NCBI RefSeq assembly: GCF_026571515.1
Contig: NW_026858762.1
Coordinates: 124,001-184,542, forward strand
DNA from: Ruditapes philippinarum
Lineage: Eukaryota
DNA: 60,542 bases
Direction: 5' to 3'
The notes beneath the pieces were generated by a model. It saw nothing but the letters and a program-made list of their open reading frames with translations. It did no database searches and was not told the DNA's origin. This document shows, in pieces, positions 1 to 11,300 of this stretch. How positions within the stretch are numbered: position 1 is the first letter of the stretch; every line of letters starts with the position of its first letter. Made by a program: the position numbers and the translations under genes.

Positions 1-160
1 GAGCAATACCCATTTGATCAATAGTTGCCACATCCAACTCGCCAATTTATTAAATACATGTTGTTTTCATGGATCTATTAAAGATGTTTAAAAGGTGATT
101 GCTCCATATATGAATATGTGATTCCTTTACTCTGACTCCAGTTTATAGACTTATTCGTCA

Positions 161-590
161 CCGTTTTCCGGTATGTTACGGGTTTACCTCTGGGGAATTA
201 CACCAAATGAAGTACGTACGCACTGTTACATTTTTACTTTTCTATCATTATTTCGCCGTGTAAGGTGAAAAAGTTTCACGTGTTTGAAAATTATCAATGT
301 TTTTTTAACATTTATTGCAAATTTTTATAAAAATTGAATTCTTTATAATGAAATTCAATGAAATTAAAAAAGTCGTTGTGGCATCTTCCAAAATAAATAA
401 CGAGAGATGTTTTGTGATTAAACTTGTGTATTTTACTTTATTTTTGTATAGAATTATACCTACAATGATAATTTATTATTTTCCTACATAGTAGTATCTG
501 TTAATTCAATAACGACCAAAAACGAAGAATTCGTTATTACACTCCATTAGCGGATTCCCACAAGTATGTAAAGAAAGTACCGGAAAACGG
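161..590. mobile_element. Possible MITE bounded by a 13-bp inverted repeat
   Basis: ccgttttccggta (161-173) is the exact reverse complement of taccggaaaacgg (578-590). No TSD recognised. Confidence 0.35.
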
Positions 591-1020
591 CGTTTAGCTA
601 GGTTTTCGAATTCGTGAATGTTTGCCGCTAAAGGAATTTAATTTAAACTTAATGTTAGAAAGTTTCTATAGGCTATTTCGAAATGCATTTCTTTTATTAT
701 TCATACTATTTCGCAATCAATCTTCACCTCTTCGTCTATATAATTATGAAGATGCGCAGATCTTCATCTAAATATGAAAGTGCGTGAAGTACAGTAAACT
801 TTGAGAAAAACTCTAAAAAATATAGCCCAGTAGGACACATGAGACATACTCGACAGAGTCCAGTCTATCGGGGACCAATCGGAACGTCCTCGGCTATTAT
901 CTATAATAATATCAAAGGGCCGAAAAGTTGCAATTGATCGGAGACAGTGTACCTGCCTGGAAAAGAAAAAAAAAAAAAACAAAAAAAAAAAAAAACAACA
1001 AAAAAACAAAAAAACAAACA

Positions 1021-2180
1021 AAGTTCAATAATTTAAAAAAAATAAAAATCGCGATACTGAAATAAGACATGGAATGGTCTAAGTATGTACTACCGATTCA
1101 TTTCTGACGGTGTTCATGTTTGTATTATCCTTAGTTTTCTTTAGGATGCTAGGCTGCCAGGCTGCTAGGCTGTTAGGCTGCCAGGCTGCTAACTTCACAA
1201 ATTTCGAAGTGTCAAAAAAAAACAACAACACAGTTCAATATTTAAAAAAATAAAGATCGCGATACTGAAATAAGACGTGGAATGGACTAAATGTGTGCTT
1301 CCGATTCATTTCCGACGGTTTTCATGTTTGTATTATCCTTAGTTTTCATAAGGCTGCTAGGCTGCCAGGCTGCTAACTTCACAAATTTCGAAGTGTCAAA
1401 AAAACAAAACAAAAAAAAACAAACAAAAAAAGTTCAATATTTAAAAAATAAAGATCGCGATACTGAAATAAGACGTGGAATGGTCTAAGTATGTGCTACC
1501 AATTCATTTCCGACGGTTTGCATGTTTGTATTATCCTTAGTTTTCTTTAAGCTGCTAGGCTGCCAGGCTGCTAGGCTGCTAACTTCACAAAATTCGAAGT
1601 GTCAAAAAAAAACAAAAAAAAAAACAAAGTTCAATATTTAAAAAATAAAGATCGCCATACTGAAATAAGACTTTGAATAGTCTAAGTATGTGCTACCAAT
1701 TCATATCCGACGGTTTTCATGTTTGTATTATCCTTAGTTTTCTTTAGGCTGCTAGGCTGCCAGGCTGTTAGGCTGCTAACTTCACAAATTTTGAAGTGTC
1801 AAAAAAAAAAAGAAAAGAAAAACAACAAAAAACAAAGTTCAATATTTAAATTTAACTAATTTAATTATTTAAAAAAAATGAAGTACGCGATACTGAAATT
1901 AGACGAATGGTCTTAGTATTTGCTGCCGATTCATTTCCGACGGTTTTCATGTTTGTACTATCCTGCTAGTCTGCTAACTTCACAAAATTTCGAAGCGTCA
2001 GAATGAAAAGATTATGTTAAGATAAAGTTCAACATCTTAAAAAAATAAAGGTCACGATATTGAAAAAGTCGTTGAATGATCTAAAGAAGTGCTACTAATG
2101 TATATGTTTGTACTATTCTTAGTTTTCTTTAGGCTGCCAGGCTGCTAGGCTGCTAGGCTGCCAACTTCAGGCTGCTAGGC
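1021..2180. repeat. Tandem array of ~6 x ~200-bp units with nested 8-bp repeats
   Basis: The unit aagttcaata...gcgatactgaaataagac...gtattatccttagttttc...(ggctgcta/ggctgcca)n...aacttcacaaatttcgaagtgtc-polyA recurs at ~1021, 1232, 1430, 1627, 1834 and 2025. The last copies are more diverged. Confidence 0.9.
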
Positions 2181-2420
2181 TGCTGGGCTGCCAACTTCAC
2201 GAACATATACATTTTGCATTTTATTATTTATTTTTTTACTTTCTATTTTAGATACCTGTATAGATATTTTCCAAGTTTTTATTCACAAGAATGCTATAGC
2301 ATATATAATAAGTAACAATTCAACAATTCAAACAATGCCTTCAACCTCAGTGGCACTCTCAATCGCACTGCCGCTGGCCTGTTCGTCTCCTGTGCCAAGA
2401 GAGTACATTGTACCTCAATA

Positions 2421-2660
2421 GGTGATTACCACGGAGAAATGAATGGCGAGGTTTTCATTAAGTAGTTTTATCAAATTTAAAGCTAATCCCTAATCTTCCA
2501 GCACACACCGTCGTGGTAATAGACAATGCACCTTAACACTTTTGCAATTACAAGTTTCTAACGTAGTAGAGTACTAAGTGTGATGAGTCCCTCTAACAGC
2601 GCCATAACATACAACTCAACCAAACCAAATGTCACTTGTAGCACAAAAGCTCAATTGAAT
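2421..2660 (+). pseudogene. Relic of an IS630/Tc1-mariner (DDE_3-type) transposase
   Basis: Manual translation gives GDYHGEMNGEVFIK*F, then after a frameshift KLIPNLPAHTVVVIDNAP*H. This matches the DYHxEMN..F..WF...LPNL...VIVMDNAxYH motif, with stops at the expected W and Y positions. Confidence 0.7.
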
Positions 2661-2819
2661 TGTATTAAACATGAGATTTCGTATTTGGCTGAAATGATTG
2701 ATTCTTATTATAACTTTTACTTATAAGATACTATTAGTTTCGTCTTTTCGAGACGGTCTGTTTATCTTGTTATTTATATGCATGACACAATTTGAGAAGT
2801 ACCCTTGTATTGAAAGAAA

Positions 2820-3132
2820 TTTAGTGTCCAGCTTTATTTGTCATCCAATGAAAACACTTCATTTCTTAAATATTATGTGTGTTAATTTTCATAGAAGAAA
2901 AAAAGTCGATACTATATTGAAATCCGTTCATAGTCGCCTTCTATTTTTCATAGTGCTTCATATAGTACCGCGTAGTGACGTAATGAAGGGCCAAATAAAG
3001 CTTGACACTAAATATGTTAGTGTTCATCCTTTGCTGTTCTACAGAAATTAGAAACATTCTCCTGTCGCTATCGCTCCCGTCGAAGTTTCTAATTTCTGTA
3101 GAATAGCACGGATGAACACTAACATATACATA
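2820..3132 (-). mobile_element. Non-autonomous hairpin+IR element (family E), copy 1
   Basis: 21-bp IR pair at 2820-2840/2992-3012, followed by a ~115-bp hairpin (3012-3127). The whole element is the reverse complement of 3564-3874. Confidence 0.8.
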
Positions 3133-3312
3133 GTATTAAAAAAAGGAAATGCTGAGAAGACCAGCGCGCTACCACTACACTACAATGTCTCACTGCAAAT
3201 AGTATGACTAACAAAAAGTACAATACTACCCATACACACATGACTTACCTTTTCTGAAGTGCACTGATCCATGTTATGTTTACAACGGTTCCGAAATAAA
3301 TTAACTTCAACA

Positions 3313-3506
3313 GTAGTGTCAAGCTTTATTTGGCCTCATTCTTATTTACTTTATTACGCCACTATGCGGTTTTATGAAGAACTATGAAAAATAGAAGTCG
3401 TCGATATTGTAGATCTATCGGTTTTTGTTCTTCTATGGAAATTAACGCAGATATTTTTTAAGAAATACAGCGTTTTCATTGGATGACAAATAAAGCTGGA
3501 CACTTA
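3313..3506 (+). mobile_element. Family E, diverged body-only copy
   Basis: tagtgtcaagctttatttggcc...ggatgacaaataaagctggacactta matches the IR-bounded body of 3684-3874 but lacks the hairpin. Confidence 0.7.
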
Positions 3507-3563
3507 TGTTAATGTGATAATTGAGATAAGGAGTGTCAATGTGATATTTTTCGAATTAACTGT

Positions 3564-3874
3564 TATGTATATGTTAGTGTTCATCCGTGCTGTTCTACAG
3601 AAATTAGAAACGTCGACGGGAGCGATAGCGACAGGAGAATGTTTCTAATTTCTGTAGAACAGCTAAGGATGAACACTAACATATTTAGTGTCAAGCTTTA
3701 TTTGGCCCTTGATTACGTCACAACGCAGTACTATGAAGCACTATGAAAAATAGAAGGCGACTATGAACGGATTTCAATATAGTATCGACTTTTTTTCTTC
3801 TATGAAAATTAACACACATAATTTTTAAGAAATACAGCGTTTTCATTGGATGACAAATAAAGCTGGACACTAAA
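3564..3874 (+). mobile_element. Non-autonomous hairpin+IR element (family E), copy 2
   Basis: Hairpin ~3569-3684 with apex cGAcggGAgc-gata-gcGAcagGAg, then IR pair 3684-3704/3854-3874. Confidence 0.8.
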
Positions 3875-4559
3875 TAATTATGATGTTAACTAATCAAACT
3901 GGATTATTTTGATTTAAAAATAGCTTAATTATAAGGTTGTATGAAGTTGACCTTTTCAATGTTTTTTTCTTAGTCGAACTTTGTTTATTGTTTACGTCAG
4001 CCATAAACATCTTTTTATTGGTCGCTTCTGATTTTGGCGGTAAATATTTTTGTCCATTTATTTCCTGACAACATTTTGGTCATTCTGTATTTCGTTGACT
4101 TAGAGATCACATGTTTTAAAAATTAAAAAATTACTTGATATTTTCGTACAGAACTGTTCAACGTTGTTGAAAATTTTAATTTAATTTATTGACTGTTATG
4201 TTTATCAGGCAGTTAAAACATACTAATTGAGAGGAATTTCGGAAACTTTTTAAAATTCTTCGTTTTGTTTAAAAACAAAACGTGCACATATTTTCTGCAC
4301 GTGTCAACATTTATTATTTAACATTATGATGTTAATCAAACAGATATTTAAGATAAACGTAAGTTGTTACAATGTATAATTTGTATAGACAATTTTAACT
4401 GTCATTTTCTTGAACTCACAGTAAATGATAAATAAAAATAACGTCTAAAAAGTATTCGTTGTATCAGTCAAATCATAAATGTATGTGTACAACAAAACCA
4501 TTCATGAATCATTACGTTTTCTTCTAAAAAAATTTGACAGGGGTCACAGGGCTATTATT

Positions 4560-4702
4560 GATGATGGTGTTAGTTGTGGTGGTTTTGGTGATTATATTGA
4601 TGGTGGTGATGATAGTGTTACTGGTTTTGTTGCTGATAATGGTGGATGTGGATGATTATATTAGACAGTGGTGGTTTTGTTGTGGGTGATGGTGATAATG
4701 AT
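4560..4702. repeat. Degenerate (GGT/GAT)n low-complexity tract
   Basis: Runs of gatggtggt/gttggt trinucleotides. Confidence 0.7.
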
Positions 4703-4736
4703 ATTTCAAACTAAACAAATATATATAATAAAAAGT

Positions 4737-4840
4737 TTATTATACATATGACTGTACAATATCGGCTCGTCCATTAAGACTTTTTCAGCTGTGTACTCGT
4801 CCAAATATATTCCCGTATTGTACAGTCAAATGTATAATAA
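4737..4840 (-). mobile_element. Partial terminal hairpin of a hairpin+IR-type element (family D)
   Basis: Outer arms ttattatacatatgactgtacaata / tattgtacagtcaaatgtataataa. The interior keeps two CTCG motifs, consistent with a right arm whose left partner has been deleted. Confidence 0.5.
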
Positions 4841-5719
4841 CCCTATAAATATATCTAATCACTTTCCCATAATCTCTTCATTATATAAGGACACCACAGG
4901 TGTTTACTTAATTAATTTTAGCTTTAAAGATATACCAGATAATTTATGTATACTCTAATGCTATTGTTTCTGTATAAAATAAGCACTTTCAAATACATTT
5001 TGTAAGCAGGTAAAAGAAAGGACCAGCGCAGCTTCCCATATTAGTTTATTCATTCTTTTATTCAAATTTGACATATTTATTAAGAATTTTATAGATTTCA
5101 ATAAACTTCCATGATTAAAATATTTTATTCAAGGATGAGCATAGTATATCTTTAACATATACAAGAGTATATATTAACTATGAAATACAGCCAGTTTTAA
5201 TTATATTTATATATAGAGAGATGGGTAGGGTATTTCCAAACATTTAAGGTGAAACATGCAGTATACTATCACTTTAAAATTAACCAACTTATCATACCAA
5301 AGTCACTCAATTAATTATCAGTATAGTATGTCCTTAATATTTAATAGCAGTGTTTATTCTGGTTGAACACTGGTTATGTTAAATCTTAAGATTTTATCAT
5401 TTGTGCTATTATGTTTTAGATGTTTAAGCCCAGAATGGCTATATATTCATGTATTTTATATAATGTTGTGTATAGATGAGACTGGAATAAATAAATAAAT
5501 ATTAAAATAAACAATATGTAGTCGTTTGTGAAGGATTACTGTGCGAATGACACGGTCGTAAACTAGCGCGAAAGCAATATGTTATGCTTGGTTTAACACG
5601 TCCTTAAAAGTGCATATGTATTAAAAGTTAATACGGGTTAATTCTACTTTCGGTTTTAGCTAGAGTTGTGTTGTATCTTGAAATTATTTTACACATTTTA
5701 AGACATTTAATGTATAAAT

Positions 5720-7425
5720 ATGACATACTATATATTGTCATTTTTAGTTCTTTGTCTCAGTTTAGAGATGATATTTTATATACAAAAACTGGAGACGTTA
5801 CAGCTCGAGTACCGTTCGTTATCTGCTCATGTACATGGGCATGGTGAGTTTTTATATTATTTACGTCTCAAATTTAAATCAAGTAAATTAAATTCAGTTA
5901 TGGGCATTTTGACAGTTTAAGCCAATATGATATGTTTTTGTATTAAGACCGTCAATTTCTGTTAACCAGGAACGTTTATTATACTTTATAAATCCAGAAT
6001 TTCCTACTTTCGATTTTGATGTGGCTGATTTGCCATGTCGTATTTTCACTCCATGTTACGCAATGCCAAACACGACAATACGACAAAGTGGCACACATCA
6101 GCCACCATAGCATCTTTATTTATCATCTATAACCCTTCTTACCTCAACGCAGCACACCCCTAGATATAAAAAAAATCATGAAACATTCGAAACATGTATT
6201 TACAAATAAAATATTGTGAAGTGAATTGCAAGAGCTCAAATTTTGCAAAATTAACCCTTACTGCGTTAGTCAGGCAGTAGAAATATGGTGATAAATACTG
6301 AAAAATCAGTCATTTATCGCACATACGATCTAGCTTGGATCTTAAATATTTCTACTTTTCTTAAAATCTTACAACTTTTTTTCGCAACTTTGATTTTTTA
6401 AAAAAAATATTTTGGCTCATTTGGAGGCATGTAACTTTAAAGATAAGAAAAAACATATACATTCTATAAAAGGTATTTATCCTATTTTACTTGCTAAAAC
6501 AATTAAGGTACTTTAAACATAACCTGGATTTTAGAGACACCTATAAAAAGTTTTATTCATCTGCCTAAAAGCCCTTTGATATTTTCATTACAGAACCTTG
6601 AGGGCGGGAGTACAGGGCTGCGTTCCATGACAGTTACTCTTCCCTGTTGATCTGTCTTCTATGTGCTCTCATATCTTAAATTACTGATAAAACATTTTTG
6701 ATTTGATTTGTATTTCAATCAAATCTAATGTTCCAGAGTAATTAAGTTTCAACTAAAAATTTACATGCTAATTACTTTACGACTTTTAATTGTTTTATCA
6801 TATTTTTAAATGGCAAGTAGATTGAATATAATTTTTTAATTTAAATGAAAACTCATGAATAAACATGTATCTTTATTTTGTAGGCAGAAAAAGGGAAAAT
6901 TGCCCAGAGCAAACAGAAGCAACATGTGTCCGTGATAATACATCTGGAAACAGTCGACCTATCGTGAACGCATTCTCCGTAAGTGATTCAAGATCTGTGT
7001 CTCCAGCAGAATCTCAAAATAAACTACACAACTATGCTAAAATTCATTTCAACGAAGGAACAGATTTTAACGCGGACACAGGGACATTTTCTTGTAGTAA
7101 ACCCGGAGTGTATTATTTCACTGCCTCTCTGATCAAAAAGCGTGCATATGAGAATTCCGAAAAAGTTGATCTGGTACATTGTATTATTTACAAAAACACA
7201 GAAACTATGCTGGAATTACTTGTCGATCCTAACGACGGCCCTAAAGTTGATGTAAATAATATCTCTGCAGATATTGGAAGTACGGCTGTGACTAACTCGA
7301 TGGTTGTACGACTTGAAAGAGGCGACACAGTTTATCTAGGGGATTGTGACAACCCACTGACATCTCTGGAGCCTTACTCTTCTTTCTCCGGATTTTTGTT
7401 GTACCAAGATGTCGGAAGCATTTAA
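5720..7425 (+). CDS. C1q-domain-containing protein, copy 1 (exons 5720-5843, 6884-7425)
   Basis: Exon 1 encodes MTYYILSFLVLCLSLEMIFYIQKLETLQLEY (hydrophobic N-terminus) and ends in phase 1 at G|gtgagt. Acceptor ttttgtag|GC joins in frame. Exon 2 has gC1q motifs: AFSV, FNEG..FN..TG.F.C..PGVYYF, L..GD.VYL, SSFSGFLLY. Confidence 0.9.
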
Positions 7426-8104
7426 GCGTTAAGATATTCATATTGTCAATGTAAGCCGTAAACAGATATATGTTTGTCATTTAAACTTATAACGACAATA
7501 GTTGTTTTCGAATGTGTTTTTACGACAGTATTGGGGATTGCAGTAAGGGAATCATGCAATTTCATGCTATCTATATTATCATTTTATCTAAGCTCACCGT
7601 TGTTAAAATATTATTAACAGGAGGCACACCTACATGACTATTTAGATAAGACCACAAGTGATCCATTGTCACACCCTAAAGTAATCAACGTGAATAGAAC
7701 ACCAAGGGATGTACTTCTGGTAGTTTGTTCTTAAGGATCATTATATCACAAAATTTAATAAGGAGCTGTATACAGGGTAACTGTTTGTTTTTGTCAGATT
7801 GAGGTCCTCGTTCATCTTATATAAAAAATGAAACCTCATAAACCAGGCTGTAAAAATGCCACCCTAAATATTGGCACATCCACCCGTCTGTCCGTCTCTC
7901 TGTCTGTTTTGCGAAAATGATATTTCATTTTGTTACTTTTTATCATTTTATTTATCTGTTGCCGGTCCTGATTAATGACTCAACTTTATATTATTAGTTT
8001 TTTTATTAATATCTTATGTTTTGTTTTTATAATCCAAAATTATCGCATGACCGCCACAACTTTCCTTTGAAGATCGGCGTTCTCTAAATTCCAGTATTGG
8101 AAAA

Positions 8105-8168
8105 CTTTGGGGTGCTCTAAATGAGGTATCAGTACGCTTTGGGGTGCTCTAAATGAGGTATCAGTACA
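8105..8168. repeat. 32-bp direct tandem duplication
   Basis: ctttggggtgctctaaatgaggtatcagtac occurs twice. Confidence 0.9.
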
Positions 8169-8194
8169 CTTTCTCGCGCATGTCCAGTTTATTA

Positions 8195-8650
8195 TTTTAA
8201 GTTCTCATTCCTTAGAAATAGAAACAGGGAGATATATGAGAACTGATAGAAATAACAGATTGTGTAAATTATGCCCGTATAAAAATGTTGAATCAGAATA
8301 CCACTTCTTATTATGTTGTCCCTTATATTCAGAACTGAGAAAATCTTTTATAAAACATGATCTTTTCCACTCTTAAATAAGTTCTATTCTATTATGTCAT
8401 CAGGAAATAAAAGTAGAATATTGCAACTATGTAAATTTTTAGATAAAGCATTCGCATTAAGATCTAGTGTTTTAGAAAAATGCAAGAATTGTAAATTTGA
8501 TAGTTTCTGCATTTTTATGTGAACATTGTATATTTGTATTGAATGTATTGAATGTATGTCATATTTCAAGTGATTTATGTATGTTTTGTATGTATTGCCA
8601 AAGGCAAAGTTTTGTCGAAAAATGCAATAAAATTTGAATTGAATTGAATT
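8195..8650 (+). mobile_element. 3' fragment of an RTE-X-like LINE nested in the Crypton-like element
   Basis: Translates as LSSHSLEIETGRY...RNNRLCKLC...VESEYHFLLCCPLYSELR (ORF2 C-terminal Cys/His motif). Ends in aataaa and a (tgaat)n tail. Confidence 0.85.
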
Positions 8651-8768
8651 TTATTTCAAATGATAAAGTGAGCATACCTGAAAAAGAGCAAAGCAAAACC
8701 GAAAACATTGAAAGAACTTATTTTTATTTATCAAATTTACAAATCATGTCTATCTTTTTTTTTCTTCT

Positions 8769-10874
8769 TCAAAACTTAAAAATACAGTTATTATAAACAT
8801 GTTGTCCTCCCCGGAACAAATTTCCGGGTTTCAAAGCGGTTGATTGGTTGTTTTTGGATTCGTCATCACTTGCGTGAGTTGCGTCATGTAGAAGCGTTTC
8901 TGTTGATGGTTTATTCAACATTTCGCTTTTGACCTATTCCCTTGCATTCCATTCTGGCGGATTTAATTTATTTGGAAATGTCTACCAAACATTTCAATTT
9001 GTGGGTTTATTTTAACGTCGGACACCGGCCACGGATTTTCGATGGCCTGTTCGTTTTCATGATTTCTTGTTCGGATAAAGACTTGTTTGCGCAAGTCTTT
9101 TTTCCAGAGTGATTAGTGTAAACACCTTTAAGTTCCCGCGAACTGACATATTTCTTTCATAAAACCTTATAGTTTATTCACGCCTACAACTTGATTTTGA
9201 AAAACGCACTTTTCCTGGCTTTCTGGGAAATGAATTTGGTCTCTTATATAAACGCTCCATCTCCAAAGGATTTCAAAAATTGGTCATTATAGTAATCCAC
9301 TATGTTTTGCCGATTGTTGTAGTGTTTTTATAACTTTAGGTTTCAATACGGCCGGTGTTTCAGGCCACCAATATACGTTTTAGAGTTCTTTCCTGTTATA
9401 AACTATAACCTTTTCATTAGAATCTGAAACCTATTTCAAAAACTGATCAGTTTTCCAAAATTTCCTGTGTTCGTCATATCCCCTTAAAACCGAAGAGTTT
9501 TATGTACAGTTATAGAAGAAAACAGTGTGATGATTAAAAGAAAGAGCGTTCTTTATTACCAAATTATTCCCTTTTCCCAAATAACTTTTTCTTCGTCTTC
9601 TAAAATGGGCTGAGCTTTCCCGTCTTTTGCCGACGACGCCTTCTATTCGTTAGAAATTTCATCTGTGCATACAAGAACACTCCTAAACCTTGCATAATCA
9701 GGATTTTTCTCGTCCAAAAAGTTCATACCAGATGTTCCACAATCTCGCAGCTTTCTAAGAAGGCCACATACTAAATGGTAGAGGGAAAGTAATCGCCATT
9801 CTGCTTCCTGACCTCGACGACAAATCTGAAACAATGATCAATTTTTTAATTTTTAGCTTTAAACAATGTTTAACAGGAGATACTGACCGAAGAGCCAGTT
9901 AGTGAATCACAATCGGAACGTCCTTGACTATTATCTATAATAACTTCGGAAATAATACGGATTGAAAGTAGTTCTACCACGTGGTTTTTGATGTAAACAG
10001 AAACAGTGTGTGTTATGTAAAACGAATGTATATTTTGACATCCAAAGGAAAATAATGTTTCGGTACAATTATGTTTGAAAATATATCTAACAACACTTTT
10101 TAATTAAACAATTAATTAAACAATCCCCACTGATGTACAATTTTAATCAAATTCGACTTGATGTCATTTAGTACTTTTGGTTTCTACAACCCTATTAATA
10201 AAATATATATAATAATGTATTGTTTTGCTTTTGTATCTATGAATTCACTTATATTAGGTGGACTTTTACTTGATATAATCGAAATAAAACTTTTCAACTA
10301 CTCCCAACATAAAATTTACGAATATATCTCTGAAATATAAAGTAGAGAATTTTCTAGATTTATATTTGAAATCGAGGTAGAAATTAATATTTAACACTGA
10401 GAATAGATTCATGAACTTACCTCGACAAATGGATATTAATGTCCAATTCCTCCAACACTGGTATTCCAGGCTTCGTTTTTCTCCACGCCTCAAATGTATT
10501 GTAAGCCCATTGCGTGTTACGGTCCGTGTTCTTTGACCTTGAACCAGCGCATCAAGGTCAGAGTCGGACACGCTTTCTCCAAAACGTTCTCTTTTTTCAT
10601 TATTGAAGGGTTTCTCTTCCTGCTTAAAATCCTGGTCAAAGTCAATCAATTGGAAGTTGCCGAAATAGTTCGGTTGTACATCATTTTCAAAAGTGTCTAT
10701 TTGACTACTTGTCAGTAGGCCTATGTCATTAAAAACACCACTACGCTCAATTTCACTTAATGTCTGTGAAAGTAACAAATCATCCTGTGTAACGTTTTCA
10801 CTATTAAACGTAGTGCTCATTTCAAACAAGTCCAAAGCCTGCGATAAAACAAAATCATTATTATCTAACTCCAT
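8769..10874 (-). pseudogene. DUF3504/Crypton-type tyrosine recombinase, two exons (10874-10421, 9825-8769), many frameshifts
   Basis: Across frames: RFGESVSDSDL, NTDRNTQWAYNTFEAWR, intron gtaag...tttcag, FVVEVRKQNGDY, SLYHLVCGLLRKLR, AQPILEDEEKVIWEKG, TVFFYN..LFG.RGYDEH (catalytic R), TNHSGKKTCA (HxxK/R), EIM..TGH (H), C-terminal VYNNCIFKF*. Confidence 0.85.
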
Positions 10875-11122
10875 ACTTGTCCCACGACGGGCAAACTGAA
10901 AATGACAAGAATTTGGCGCTAAATAAGGTAAACTGCTAGGGCTTAGCGAATTTGATTGTTCATTTTTCTAGGGGTTCACTATATCTCTGCCAGCGAAGGA
11001 GCAGAGGCACCGAATGGGTGTATTTCTATGTGTATCTCTAAAATTATCATTTGTTTAAATCATGCGATAATACGAAATATCGAAAATCTCCAAAAGAAGT
11101 TGTGGCGGTCATGCGATAAAAC

Positions 11123-11300
11123 AGTTACAGAATATTAACTCGGACTTCACCGGCTGGTATCAGCGCATGGGGCGACAAAAAGGGTCAATCATGGAAATTA
11201 ATCTCGACGTTCCGTCTCGATTAATTTCCTATGATTGACCCTTGTTGTCGCCCCATGCGCTGATACCAGCCGGTAAAGTCCTCGTTAATATTCTATAACT
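11123..11300 (-). other. Long imperfect palindrome with strand-specific tandem G.A pairs and a GAA triloop
   Basis: Top strand: aatattaa-CTCG-gactt...aaattaat-CTCG-acg-ttc-cgt-CTCG-attaattt...aagtc-CTCG-ttaatatt. On the bottom strand this gives two CGAG/CGAG pairs and an acg-GAA-cgt apex. Confidence 0.9.

Noticed and set aside
764-1021. Phe-rich 85-aa ORF and other short AT-rich ORFs in the track
   Set aside because: Products of poly-A or low-complexity sequence, with no motif, splice or paralogue-frame support.
1021-2180. CRISPR-like repeat/spacer appearance
   Set aside because: Whole units repeat with no unique spacers, there are no cas genes, and the context is eukaryotic.
6865-6883. ORF-track start codons for the C1q ORFs (6865, 18135, 28530)
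   Set aside because: They lie in the intron just before the AG acceptor. The real start is in the upstream hydrophobic exon, which splices in frame in all three copies.
10266-10874. 202-aa ORF as a standalone gene
   Set aside because: Only the first ~114 codons are in the recombinase frame. The rest is out of frame and runs into the intron.
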